From Candidatus Berkelbacteria bacterium Licking1014_7 (GTDB lineage: Bacteria; Patescibacteriota; UBA1384; GWA2-35-9; CG2-30-39-44): 64,000 bases of DNA. The notes beneath the pieces were generated by a model. It saw only the letters and a list, made by a program, of their open reading frames with translations, was not told the DNA's origin and did not search any database. This document shows, piece by piece, positions 38,816 through 48,808 of the stretch (position 1 is the first letter of the stretch; every line of letters starts with the position of its first letter). The stretch is from the NCBI GenBank assembly GCA_007376535.1, contig VMGK01000005.1:2085-66084 (forward strand), read 5' to 3'. The translations under genes and the position numbers were made by a program.

Positions 38816-41341
38816 ATGAAAAAGATAAAGTTAGGCAAAATTAGAAAGTTCTTTTCGGAGTGGTCGCGCAAGAAAGCAATACTATTTGCGGGCGGTGTCG
38901 CGCTCATTATTCTGGCTGGCGCAGCCGGTTATGTGGTCTATAAGCAAAGGGCCGGCGCGGATGTGCTTAAGCAATTTGAAGATGCGAAAATAAATATTGA
39001 AGCCTCGGCTGATTATTTCCCGATATTTAATCCCCCAATAGTTTCCATAAAACCAAATGCTCCGGCTGAAGTTAACACTGATGTGTATATAAAAGGAGGT
39101 CAGAAGGTTGCCGACCTTAATGCGCTCACATTCTCATGGGAAGAAACTTCTGGCGCTGAATTGTTAACTGGAAAAGATTTTGGAAAAACCCTTGATATCA
39201 CCTCCACTGGCGATGGAAAAATAAAAATTTCAGTCAAAGATTCGCTTAAAAACAGCATTAAGGGAAGAATATACACCTTTATTAAAGTAACAATCGCCAA
39301 ATCAAACACAACGGCTAAAACCCAAATCACCGAATTGCCAGTTATTATCAATCCTACAACACCTGCCTGGAATCAATTTGAGATTACTGTCAGATCCAGT
39401 GACGGCGGCATCACCGCTTACAAGGCCTGGGATACTGACGGCAAATTAATTCCATTGAATAAGCCGCCGGTCACGAATGATTATGCTAATTCTAGCGTTG
39501 GGGGGTGGAGATACGCTGATTATTATATTCTCAGATATAAATTTTTTTCTCCTGAATATGGAGATATTATTACTCCGTTTACTGAAATAAGATACTGTTT
39601 CGGCTTTAATTGGTGTGGTCGACCATGGCAATTTTCTGATGGCGAAAATGGACTAACCACGACAATACCCGACTATGGTCACGCAATAAATAATAACTAC
39701 TTGAATGGAATATTTACTACACCAATGTCAGCTTTTATAGTAACCGGCTTCGGATCGTTTCAATCAGGCTATATATCAGGTGGATGGTACCCTATACTTC
39801 GTAAAACGATCAAAATAGCGCCTGATTCCATAGAGTGGACGGTAAATAGTGATAAAATAAAAATTGCCAAAGGAGATAAATCACCCATTGTTTATCTATA
39901 TAATCTTGTCTCCGATAAACCAGATGATTATAAAATTAAACTTAATGCCAAAATTGATATAGGCGGAAAAAAAATTCTTCTTCAATCATCTGATTTCAGA
40001 TACAGTGGTACCTATACCTCTTTCCAAATATTTTCTCCCTCCGCCGCATCTTCCACACCCACCACCACCCCCACCACCAGCACCGTCACTTCGGCTGAAG
40101 AAATCAAAGCCCGCGACACCCAAAGAAAAGCTGACATAACCTCTATCCAGCAAGCATTGGAAAAATATTATCAAGCCAAGGGAACTTATCCGGATGCCAC
40201 AGGAGCCGCAGCGCCCAATGGTTCGTGGACTAACAGCGCCGATGATAGTTGGGATAAATTGACTGACGAGTTGAAACCCTATTTGTCCAATCTTCCCGAA
40301 GATCCGTCCAATACCGCCAATACCAGCAATGCCAATTGGACCGGTGTAGGCGAAGGAGATGCCTATAGTTACTCATATTTTTCAAAAGGTAATGGCAAAG
40401 ATAGTACCTGCCAATGGTATATGTTGGTTTATAGAATGGAAGACAAAGCCAACTCAGCCGGCATAACAAAAGGAGCAACCGCTTGCGATGCTAAAAAATA
40501 TAATTATGTTGGCAAAGACAGTTCGGTTGTGACAGTTGGCAATATGATTAAAAAATCTACCTCCACCACCACAACTCCGACTACCACTCCAACTGCTACT
40601 CCTGATCCTAAAATAGACCAGCAACGTCTCAAAGACATAGAAACCATTAAATCAGCCCTTGAGAAATACAAAACCGCCAAAGGGAGTTATCCGAGTACAA
40701 AAGGAGCTTCAAAACCGAATGGCAGCTGGTCAAGCAGCAACGATGACAGCTGGGCAAAGTTGGAAAAAGAACTTAAGCCCTATCTTGCGGCTGGAGTATT
40801 GCCCAAAGACCCGGTCAATACCAGTGGCGGTTGGGCGTTTTGGGGCAACACCTACACATACAGCTATTTCTCCGAGGGTTACGGCAAATCGTCTTCCTGC
40901 CAATGGTATATGCTGGTTTATCGGCTTGACGACGTTAAACTCAAAACCAGTCCGGGAGTAAAAGCGTGCAGTGGAACAAATTTCCAATACGGCAATGGAG
41001 CGATTACCGAGGGCAAAGTTGTCAACATAACTTCAACGACCACCACTCCGACCGTTAAAATCAACCAGGCCAACTTAACTCAATATACAACAGGAACATG
41101 GATTAGAAAAACCTATTACAAACTTGAAGCCAAGTGGACTGGCAGTGATAAAGAAGATGGAACCAATCTGACTTACCGCTATAAAGTAGATAATGGCAAA
41201 TGGAGCGCTTGGTCAAAAACCACATCTGCCACTATTAAAGCACTGAATGGCGTCAAACACTCTCTTACCGTAGAAGTCAAAGACAGCCAAGGGGCTGTCG
41301 GACAGGCAACTGCTTCCGCTTCATCTAAGGATTTTGACTAA
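38816..41341 (+). CDS. Membrane-anchored surface protein with two internal pilin/GspG-like domains joined by Thr/Pro linkers
   Basis: Two repeats of D.QR..DI..I..ALEKY..AKG.YP...LP.DP.N...CQWYMLVYR. Confidence 0.75.
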   Translation: MKKIKLGKIRKFFSEWSRKKAILFAGGVALIILAGAAGYVVYKQRAGADVLKQFEDAKINIEASADYFPIFNPPIVSIKPNAPAEVNTDVYIKGGQKVADLNALTFSWEETSGAELLTGKDFGKTLDITSTGDGKIKISVKDSLKNSIKGRIYTFIKVTIAKSNTTAKTQITELPVIINPTTPAWNQFEITVRSSDGGITAYKAWDTDGKLIPLNKPPVTNDYANSSVGGWRYADYYILRYKFFSPEYGDIITPFTEIRYCFGFNWCGRPWQFSDGENGLTTTIPDYGHAINNNYLNGIFTTPMSAFIVTGFGSFQSGYISGGWYPILRKTIKIAPDSIEWTVNSDKIKIAKGDKSPIVYLYNLVSDKPDDYKIKLNAKIDIGGKKILLQSSDFRYSGTYTSFQIFSPSAASSTPTTTPTTSTVTSAEEIKARDTQRKADITSIQQALEKYYQAKGTYPDATGAAAPNGSWTNSADDSWDKLTDELKPYLSNLPEDPSNTANTSNANWTGVGEGDAYSYSYFSKGNGKDSTCQWYMLVYRMEDKANSAGITKGATACDAKKYNYVGKDSSVVTVGNMIKKSTSTTTTPTTTPTATPDPKIDQQRLKDIETIKSALEKYKTAKGSYPSTKGASKPNGSWSSSNDDSWAKLEKELKPYLAAGVLPKDPVNTSGGWAFWGNTYTYSYFSEGYGKSSSCQWYMLVYRLDDVKLKTSPGVKACSGTNFQYGNGAITEGKVVNITSTTTTPTVKINQANLTQYTTGTWIRKTYYKLEAKWTGSDKEDGTNLTYRYKVDNGKWSAWSKTTSATIKALNGVKHSLTVEVKDSQGAVGQATASASSKDFD

Positions 41342-41741
41342 TTTTAGAATAGTCCTTGATGGCACATTGGCATTTTCATTCTCTGTTATTCTGAGCCCCG
41401 CTATCTAACGGGATAAACTCCGCCGAAGGATCCTTCCAAAATATAGTATATATTAAAATATAAAGTAAAAATAATTATCCCCCGTCATTCAATCTCTTGC
41501 AATATTCTGACCCGTCTTGCCGACGAGGCAGGTTGCAGGTATTTGCAAGTAGATTTTCCGCCAGAGGCGCCCGCCTGCCGGACGGGCAGGGATCTGCCTT
41601 TGGCACGACATTTCGGGGGACTTTCTGAACTTGCTTTCTGCTGCGCCCTACCGAAGCACGCACTGTGAGTACACTATGTAATAGGTTTCACAGTAAGTGC
41701 GAAGGAGGGTTGGGAAACGCAATTCAGGAGCGGGAGAAAAT

Positions 41742-42185
41742 ATGTTAGAAAAAGCAAAAAGGGAAGTAAAAAGAGGATTTTCGCTCATTGAGCTTTTGGT
41801 CGTGATTGCCGTCATCGGCATTTTAGCCGGGATTTTGCTGATTGGCTTTAACAGCGCGCGTATCAAAGCGCGCGACGCCGACAGGAAAAGCGAGTTGGTG
41901 CAACTTAAAACATTGGTAGATATTTATATGACCGATAATACCAATGCGCCCGCCGGCACCGACATCAATGTTTCAGCGATAAACAATGATAATCCTGTGG
42001 GTGTATTTCCGGATTATAAAGCCGGTTTGGCAACTGGTCCCAACGGAACTGAAGATGAGTATAAATATACTGCCAGCGGGACCGATTTTACTCTTGGCGC
42101 AAAACTTGAGATTGCTCCAAGCAGTACGCCTAAACCATGCCCCACCGCTTTTGGCGCAACTTATAATTACTGCCTCGGCAATTAA
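41742..42185 (+). CDS. Type IV prepilin, probable major pilin
   Basis: RG|FSLIELLVVIAVIGILA; ARDADRKSEL. Confidence 0.92.
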   Translation: MLEKAKREVKRGFSLIELLVVIAVIGILAGILLIGFNSARIKARDADRKSELVQLKTLVDIYMTDNTNAPAGTDINVSAINNDNPVGVFPDYKAGLATGPNGTEDEYKYTASGTDFTLGAKLEIAPSSTPKPCPTAFGATYNYCLGN

Positions 42186-42188
42186 TTG

Positions 42189-42944
42189 ATGTTTGCAGAT
42201 TTAATCATAATTTTTATTTTTGGCTTAGGGCTGGGGTCGTTTGCCGGGGTGATTATTTGTCGCAGAAAAACCCCTTTTCTGATAGTTGCCAAACCCAGCC
42301 ACTGCGATTATTGTAAGCGCAAACTGGGATTTTTGGATTTAATCCCAGTGGTAAGTTTTGTCTTGCAAAAAGGAAAATGCCATTATTGTTGCAAAAAGAT
42401 CAGTTGGTTTTATCCGGGCGTTGAAATTTTATCTGGTATGGCTTTTGCCATAAATTGGTATTTTTTCAAATCGCAAAATCAAGATATCTCGCATTTGGTT
42501 TTGTCTAATGCGCTGATTTTTATTTTAATCATTATTGCGTTTATTGATTTTAAGCAGATGATTGTGCCTGATTCGTTAGTGCTGATTATTTTGTTGATCG
42601 CGCTTGTCAAAATGTTTTTGGGAAAGACCTACCTGGCAGGTTTTGAGGGATTGGCGCTGGCAGGCGGTTTTTTAGCAGTATTGGCTATCGCTGGCAGGGG
42701 CAATTGGATGGGTTGGGGCGATGTGAAATTAGCCGGCGCGCTCGGCATATTTTTGGGATTTTCTGGTTCGCTGGCAATGATTTTTAACGCCTTTATCATC
42801 GGCGCTTTAGTGTCAGTATTTTTATTGATAATCAAAGATAAAAAACTCAAAGATCATATTCCTTTTGCTCCTTTTATTGTGATCGGCGCTTTTTTGGCGC
42901 TATGGTTAGACCAGATAATATCAAATTATGTTTTATGGTTTTAA
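42189..42944 (+). CDS. pilD: Prepilin peptidase (A24)
   Basis: SHCDYC, GKCHYC, FID, MGWGDVKL, IPFAPF. Confidence 0.95.
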   Translation: MFADLIIIFIFGLGLGSFAGVIICRRKTPFLIVAKPSHCDYCKRKLGFLDLIPVVSFVLQKGKCHYCCKKISWFYPGVEILSGMAFAINWYFFKSQNQDISHLVLSNALIFILIIIAFIDFKQMIVPDSLVLIILLIALVKMFLGKTYLAGFEGLALAGGFLAVLAIAGRGNWMGWGDVKLAGALGIFLGFSGSLAMIFNAFIIGALVSVFLLIIKDKKLKDHIPFAPFIVIGAFLALWLDQIISNYVLWF

Positions 42945-43437
42945 GAATGAGAAAGGTTTGTCTCTAATTGAGTTGGTTATTTCTATTTCAATCATCAGTA
43001 TTTTAACAGTGGCGGGCGTGATTTCTTTGAGCAAGACCAAGACATATCAAAATGTGGATATTGCCACAGGTGAATTGAAAGTCACGATTATAAAAGCCAA
43101 AAATTATGCGCAAAATCCGCCGGAAAAATACCAAGGATTGGATTATAAACAATATGGCGTAAAGATTGACAAAACAAATAATAAATATTGGTTAGTGGCT
43201 AAAAAAAGCGATGGCGGCAACACAGATTTAATAGAATATAATTTGCCAGATAAAGTTATTTTTGGCAACATAAATTTGAAAAAAAACACCGCTGTGCTTT
43301 CCGAAATTATTTTTGATATTGAAAGCCGAGCCAAAATTACTAACTTAGGTGAAGACGGGACCATTGAGATAAAAAATAATGTAGACACAAAGACCATAAT
43401 TATAAAATATCCGTATGGATCAGTTGAAGCGCGGTAA
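42928..43437 (+). CDS. Minor pilin (FimT/GspH-like)
   Basis: KG|LSLIEL. Confidence 0.85.
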   Translation: MFYGFKNEKGLSLIELVISISIISILTVAGVISLSKTKTYQNVDIATGELKVTIIKAKNYAQNPPEKYQGLDYKQYGVKIDKTNNKYWLVAKKSDGGNTDLIEYNLPDKVIFGNINLKKNTAVLSEIIFDIESRAKITNLGEDGTIEIKNNVDTKTIIIKYPYGSVEAR

Positions 43438-43837
43438 AAAATGGGGTTTTTCGCTGATTGAAGTGGTCATTGCCACCGGAATTTTAGCGATGAGCGTGTC
43501 GTCAATTATGTCATTGGCAATTTATACGCAAAAAAACACTCAATTTTTGTTAGAAAAGACCTACGCGACCATTCAAGCGTCAAATGGAATTGAGATGGTT
43601 CGGGTTCAGCGCGATCAGAATGTTAGTGATTCAAATTCAGCCACCGATTGGAATAACGGTTCTAATGACACAGCCAATTTTTCAAGCGATTCGTTTAATT
43701 TTTCAGGCAAAACATTTACCCGAACGATTATTTTTAAGACAGATGGAAAAATTACCAGCGCGGTCGCTTGGGGCGCTGGCGGTAGTAATAAAATTACTCT
43801 TGTTGCTCAATTAACTGATTGGAAATTTGAAAGATGA
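43415..43837 (+). CDS. Minor pilin (PilV-like)
   Basis: G|FSLIEV. Confidence 0.85.
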   Translation: MDQLKRGKKWGFSLIEVVIATGILAMSVSSIMSLAIYTQKNTQFLLEKTYATIQASNGIEMVRVQRDQNVSDSNSATDWNNGSNDTANFSSDSFNFSGKTFTRTIIFKTDGKITSAVAWGAGGSNKITLVAQLTDWKFER

Positions 43838-44304
43838 AAAACACTAATCGTAAAACCGGATTTAGTTTGATTGAAATTGTGATTGCCACTGGTATTTTTG
43901 CTTTTGCCTTGGTCGCGGGTTTGTCGTCCTACCAAAGTTTTAATCGGACCTATAAAGCCACTCAGGCGAAAAGAGAAGCGACCCAGACCCTGCAATTTAT
44001 TTACGAAACCATTTCTCGCGAGGTCTGGTCTGCGGATAAAATTGTATTTGATGTTGCTAATACTAAAAAAGCCACGATCGGCAGTGTTGTTTTGGAGTAT
44101 AAAAATAATGAAATTCAAATAGGAGCCGTACGGCTAAATGATTCGGCAAAAGTTAAAATTGATGATTTTACTTTGTGTCCAGATAAAAATAGCGTAAGAA
44201 TCGACGACTGCACAACGGATAGAAATTTGGTGGTTCAATTTCAAATGGATTTTTCAGGCCGGCAAGAAACCATAAAATTTGTTAATACTTTGCGAAAATT
44301 ATGA
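43834..44304 (+). CDS. Minor pilin (PilW-like)
   Basis: G|FSLIEI. Confidence 0.85.
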   Translation: MKNTNRKTGFSLIEIVIATGIFAFALVAGLSSYQSFNRTYKATQAKREATQTLQFIYETISREVWSADKIVFDVANTKKATIGSVVLEYKNNEIQIGAVRLNDSAKVKIDDFTLCPDKNSVRIDDCTTDRNLVVQFQMDFSGRQETIKFVNTLRKL

Positions 44305-45062
44305 CATTTAAGAAAATTAAATCAGGAAAGTCGCAATCAGGCAGCGCTTTGATGACGGTTTTGGTGGTGGTGTCAATAATGACCATCGTTTCGCTTTCTG
44401 GCTCAAAAATTTTAATGATGCAGTTTGAAAATATTCGCAATTTTGCCTCGTCGCGCGCCGCGTTTTATCTGGCAGAATCAGGCATAGAGCAAGGTCTTTA
44501 CGATTTTAGAAGAGATCGTCGGGAAGAGAAGAGTGATCAAAAGATTTCTTTGGGGGCGATTGATGGCAAGAATTTTGATTTTAATTATTCGTCAATTTTT
44601 TGGGTGAATGAAGTTGCAGATGTGAATGTGGGTCAAGATAATGTTTGGGATCAGGAAGTAAGTACCGGAGAATTACAAAATTTGCAATATAAATGGGCTT
44701 GGTTGGCAGGTGTCAATAATGATAACCGTCGGGCGCAGATTTTACATTATACAGATAGCGGAGAAGCAATTTCCGGCGCGGTGGTGGTGGCAGCTCCGGC
44801 GCCGTCTGCTTTTCAATCTATTCCTTTTGATACTCAAACCAAAAAATTTCGCTTTCTAATGTTTGGGGCAGGGATAAAAGATTTTAACTTAAAGTGTAGC
44901 GTTACAACATCAAAGTGTTTGGCTGATACACAAAATACCATTACCAGTAAGGCGTCTTATGGCGGGATTTCGCGAAAATTAGAAGTAAAAGTTGATCGCC
45001 AGACCGGCGCGTTAATAAGTTTGTTTGACTATACTTTGTATAGTGTTGGCGAAATTAAATAA
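44301..45062 (+). CDS. PilX-like minor pilin
   Basis: G|SALMTVL lacking E5; AFYLAESGIE motif. Confidence 0.8.
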   Translation: MTFKKIKSGKSQSGSALMTVLVVVSIMTIVSLSGSKILMMQFENIRNFASSRAAFYLAESGIEQGLYDFRRDRREEKSDQKISLGAIDGKNFDFNYSSIFWVNEVADVNVGQDNVWDQEVSTGELQNLQYKWAWLAGVNNDNRRAQILHYTDSGEAISGAVVVAAPAPSAFQSIPFDTQTKKFRFLMFGAGIKDFNLKCSVTTSKCLADTQNTITSKASYGGISRKLEVKVDRQTGALISLFDYTLYSVGEIK

Positions 45063-45130
45063 ACAATCTGGGCTCGCAATAACCAAAATAAAAAAATTTG
45101 ACAATTTTTTGTTTTTGTGTAATAATGGAA

Positions 45131-45292
45131 TAGACTTCTTCCGGAATAATTTTTCGTAGCGAAACGCAGTAATTTTGAGCGAAAATTGTGAAGAACGAGG
45201 AAAGGTATATGGAATATCCATTGACGAGTTATGAACAATTTGCAGCCAAAATTACAAGTTGTAGTAGAAAAGGTTATTGTGGAAGAAGTCTA
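45131..45292 (+). repeat. Rod-shaped palindromic element between the rplJ promoter and leader
   Basis: 12-bp perfect IR TAGACTTCTTCC / GGAAGAAGTCTA. Confidence 0.9.
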
Positions 45293-45304
45293 ACAAAAAA
45301 TAAT

Positions 45305-45368
45305 CCGTAGACAGCAAGCGAGGTTCAGATTTCTGATTTTGGAAGAAGTCTAGTAAGTCTTGCCGAGG
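45305..45368 (+). promoter_or_regulatory. Ribosomal protein L10 leader
   Basis: CCGTAGACAGCAAG...TAA..CTTGCCGAGG pattern upstream of rplJ. Confidence 0.75.
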
Positions 45369-45432
45369 AAATATTGTTAAATTGTTTTTAACCTTGAATT
45401 TCGTAATTCAAGGTATTTAATCAATATTTACC

Positions 45433-45455
45433 AACTGCGGAAACCGCAGTTTTTT
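45433..45455 (+). terminator. Attenuator-like terminator before rplJ
   Basis: AACTGCGG-AAA-CCGCAGTT followed by a T run. Confidence 0.7.
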
Positions 45456-45469
45456 AAAACGGGAACAAT

Positions 45470-45994
45470 ATGAAACTTTCAAAAGAACAGAAAAAACAGT
45501 TTGTAAAAAAATTAGCCAAAAAGGTTAATCAGGCAAAGGCGGTGATAATTCTCGGATTTAAGGGCACTGGTATGAGCCAGATGACTATTTTGCGCCAGGC
45601 GCTTCGGGAAAAAGACATTGAGATGTTTGTGGTAAAAAATAGTTTGCTTGAACGCGCGTTTCGCGATCAAGGCGCCTATTTGCCGCCAGAAATTTTAAAA
45701 CAACCGTTGGCGATTGTGATTGGTCTGACTGATGAAGTTGAACCAGCCAGGCAAATCGTGGAAATTGGTAAAGAAGTTGAGACCATCAAGCCATTATCAG
45801 GAATTTTTGAAGGTCAAATAGTGGACGAGCAATATATTCGAGAATTGGCGCAGTTGCCCAGTAAAGATGAAATTAGAGCAAAATTAGTTAGCGCGATTAA
45901 AGGTCCGATTACCAGCATGCATAATGTTTTGCGATACAATTTAGCGGGTTTGATTGAAATTTTGAAACAGAAAAGTCAGATGGCTAAATTCTAA
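45470..45994 (+). CDS. rplJ: 50S ribosomal protein L10
   Basis: LR..LR....VVKNSL, LAQLPS; upstream of rplL. Confidence 0.95.
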   Translation: MKLSKEQKKQFVKKLAKKVNQAKAVIILGFKGTGMSQMTILRQALREKDIEMFVVKNSLLERAFRDQGAYLPPEILKQPLAIVIGLTDEVEPARQIVEIGKEVETIKPLSGIFEGQIVDEQYIRELAQLPSKDEIRAKLVSAIKGPITSMHNVLRYNLAGLIEILKQKSQMAKF

Positions 45995-46402
45995 ACTCTT
46001 CAGCCAGAGGCTGATCCGCCTTTGGCGGACAATGTTTCAATGTTTATTGCATTAAATCAAAAATCAAACAGCAAAAAGCAAAAACAAATATCAAAATTAC
46101 GACTTACGCAAAATTCGGCTTTATGTTATATTTTCTTGGATAATCGCTTCTCAGCACGCTCGTCGCCCCAGCGTGGCTCCTCGCTCGTCCTCGCCTATAG
46201 ATTTTCCGCCAGAGGCGGATCTGCCTTTGGCATGACACTTTGACGGGCAGGCATTTTGATTTATCATTTTTGATATTTGATTTATTATTGTGTTATTAGA
46301 AAATATTATACGAAATTACGAAAATTAAAATAATTTTAACTTTGGGTTGTCATTTTGCATTTTGAGATTTGCATTTTGCATTTGACGACCGAAGGGAGGA
46401 AC

Positions 46403-46849
46403 ATGTCAGAAGAAAAGCGAACAAAAACCGAAACAAGCAAGGAGGAGAAAAAAGAAAAGTTAGCGGCTTTTTCAGAAATTGTGGAAAAGATTGAGAAGTT
46501 GTCTGTCAAGGACTTGGCTGATTTTGTTAAAGGATTAGAAGATCGTTGGGGTGTGCAAGCAGTTGCAACTGTTTCTGCTGGCGCTGGAGCCACTGCGCCC
46601 GCGCAGCCAGGCGCGCCCGCGGACGCGGATGAAAAAGCCGAATATACTATTCATTTGGCAGATAGCGGCAGTCAAAAAATCGCAGTGATTAAAACGATTC
46701 GCGAAATCCGTAATGACCTTGGACTCAAAGAAGCCAAGGATTTGGCAGATGGCGCGCCCAAAGATATTAAAGAAAATGTGCCCAAAGAAGAAGCGGAAGA
46801 AGCCAAGAAAAAGCTGGAAATAGCAGGTGCTAAGGTTGAATTGAAATAG
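46403..46849 (+). CDS. rplL: 50S ribosomal protein L7/L12
   Basis: KIAVIK, LGLKEAKDL, GAKVELK; GGAGG RBS. Confidence 0.97.
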   Translation: MSEEKRTKTETSKEEKKEKLAAFSEIVEKIEKLSVKDLADFVKGLEDRWGVQAVATVSAGAGATAPAQPGAPADADEKAEYTIHLADSGSQKIAVIKTIREIRNDLGLKEAKDLADGAPKDIKENVPKEEAEEAKKKLEIAGAKVELK

Positions 46850-47044
46850 ATTTCAATTCAACCAGAATTTCAATGTTAGATGCTATATTTTAGAATATTA
46901 AAATGATATTCAAATTTTTAGAAATAAATTTTAAATTTTACATTGTCATTTTGCCTGCCCGCTAATCGCCTGAGCGATAGCGATGGCGGGCGGGAGATTT
47001 GTGTCTTACATTTTGAGATTGAGGCAATTTCTATCAAATCAAAT

Positions 47045-48088
47045 ATGAAAATGCTAAAATCTAAAGTAGACCAATTAAGATTAATCCATGGCACTGTCCA
47101 ATTGCCTTGCTTTATTCCTTGCGCCACGCGCGGGGTTTTGCGCGGGATTTCTTGGGATGAGTTAAGCAAAATTGGCTATAATATGATTTTGGTAAATGCT
47201 TACTATATGTATTTGTTCCCGGGATTAGAAACAATCAAAAAACTGGGCGGTTTGCATCAGTTTATTGGTTGGCAGGGCGCGATTTTATGCGACAGCGGCG
47301 GCTTTCAGGTTTTTTCGCTAAAGCCAAAGATAGGGGATAGGGGAGTTAGATTTAAATCGCATATTGATGGCAGCGAGCATTTTTTTACGCCAGAGTTGGT
47401 TTGGCTGTCTAACGAGGTTTTAGGCGCTGACATTGCGATGCCATTAGACGATTGTCCGCCGGGCGAGGCGGATAAAAAAAGAGTTGAGCAGGCGGTTAAT
47501 AGAACTCATAATTGGCTTTTAAGAACTATTAACGCCAAAGAAAAAAGCCCTGCCAGAAAAACCGAACAAATACCGAAACTATTCGGAATTGCGCAGGGCG
47601 GAATATATCAGGATTTAAGAGAAAAATCAGTAAAATTTGTGGTAGATTTGTATAAAAGAAAAATGATTGACGGAATTGCCATCGGCGGCGTGGCAGTAGG
47701 CGAACAAAAGGCGAACATCAGGCAAGTTATTCGTTATGTAAGCAAGTGGTTGCCCAAAGACGCGCCCAAATATCTGATGGGGATTGGCGAGCCAGAAGAT
47801 ATAATATTTGCAGTTAGACACGGTTTTAATATGTTTGATTGCGTTTTGCCGACACGAATGGGGAGACATGGGGTCGCTTATCAGCGACAAATTTCAAAAT
47901 CCAAATTACAAATTCCAAATATTAAATACGAAAAATTGGATCTCAGGAAAAGTAAATTTAAAACTGATAAAAAGTGGGGATATTTGAGTTATTTATTGCG
48001 GATTGGCGATATGCAGGGCGCTCGGTTGGCGAGTTTAGAAAACTTGCGAGTGTACTATAGTTTAATGCAGAAATTGCGAAAAAAATAA
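47045..48088 (+). CDS. tgt: tRNA-guanine transglycosylase lacking the Zn-binding motif
   Basis: DSGGFQVFSL, FKSHIDGS, QGG, GGVAVGE, YLMGIG, FDCVLPTR. Confidence 0.93.
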   Translation: MKMLKSKVDQLRLIHGTVQLPCFIPCATRGVLRGISWDELSKIGYNMILVNAYYMYLFPGLETIKKLGGLHQFIGWQGAILCDSGGFQVFSLKPKIGDRGVRFKSHIDGSEHFFTPELVWLSNEVLGADIAMPLDDCPPGEADKKRVEQAVNRTHNWLLRTINAKEKSPARKTEQIPKLFGIAQGGIYQDLREKSVKFVVDLYKRKMIDGIAIGGVAVGEQKANIRQVIRYVSKWLPKDAPKYLMGIGEPEDIIFAVRHGFNMFDCVLPTRMGRHGVAYQRQISKSKLQIPNIKYEKLDLRKSKFKTDKKWGYLSYLLRIGDMQGARLASLENLRVYYSLMQKLRKK

Positions 48089-48354
48089 TCAGAATTGTTA
48101 TTGCGAACAGATTCATCTTAATGTCATTTATGTTTAGTATATATTAAGTTTTTATGTGGATTGTGGCGTCTATTCGTCTAACTGATTAAAATTAAAATCT
48201 TTAACATTTTAGTGCGATCGCATCAGTTTGTTAAAGATTCCAATAAATTTAATTGAGGAATAGCGCGCAAAAAAATAGCATGCCTTGACATTTGTCAGGG
48301 TTTTATAGTATATTGTTGATGATTTAATAAAAGCACATTGACAAGGAGGTAGAC

Positions 48355-48579
48355 GTGATGGATGTGGAGGTGCCGAAAGAGACAATTAGCACGTTATGTA
48401 GAACGATAGCCGAGTTATTTCAGAAGAATAGGGAATTGAATCTTAGTTTGAGGCGAGAAAAAGCCGAAAAGCAAGTGCTACGAGAGCAACTGTGGGCGAA
48501 GAAAATAGAAACTGGCCAAGACGAACTTTTGGAATATTTGGCAAAACAGATTGACAAGGAGGAAGGACGCGATGGGTAG
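48355..48579 (+). CDS. Small coiled-coil hypothetical protein
   Basis: AAGGAGGT RBS; TTGACA promoter at about 48286. Confidence 0.6.
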   Translation: MMDVEVPKETISTLCRTIAELFQKNRELNLSLRREKAEKQVLREQLWAKKIETGQDELLEYLAKQIDKEEGRDG

Positions 48580-48808
48580 AGAGGAAGAGCCATATAAAAC
48601 AATTGATGAGTTGCTTAATGATATTAGTGAGTTGAAATCGAGTTTAAAACGAGTAACAACCGAAAAACGAGCATCGGAAAAATCGTTGCTATCGGCGCAA
48701 GCAAGAATTATAGAATTGGAAGAGCAATTGCAAAAAACGCAGGCAATAATTGGTGCCCGTGAAAGAAAATCCAAGAAAGTACTAAATGAACTTAAGGTAG
48801 CACTCTAG
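48572..48808 (+). CDS. Small coiled-coil hypothetical protein
   Basis: AGGAGG RBS; overlaps the previous stop codon. Confidence 0.6.
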   Translation: MGREEEPYKTIDELLNDISELKSSLKRVTTEKRASEKSLLSAQARIIELEEQLQKTQAIIGARERKSKKVLNELKVAL

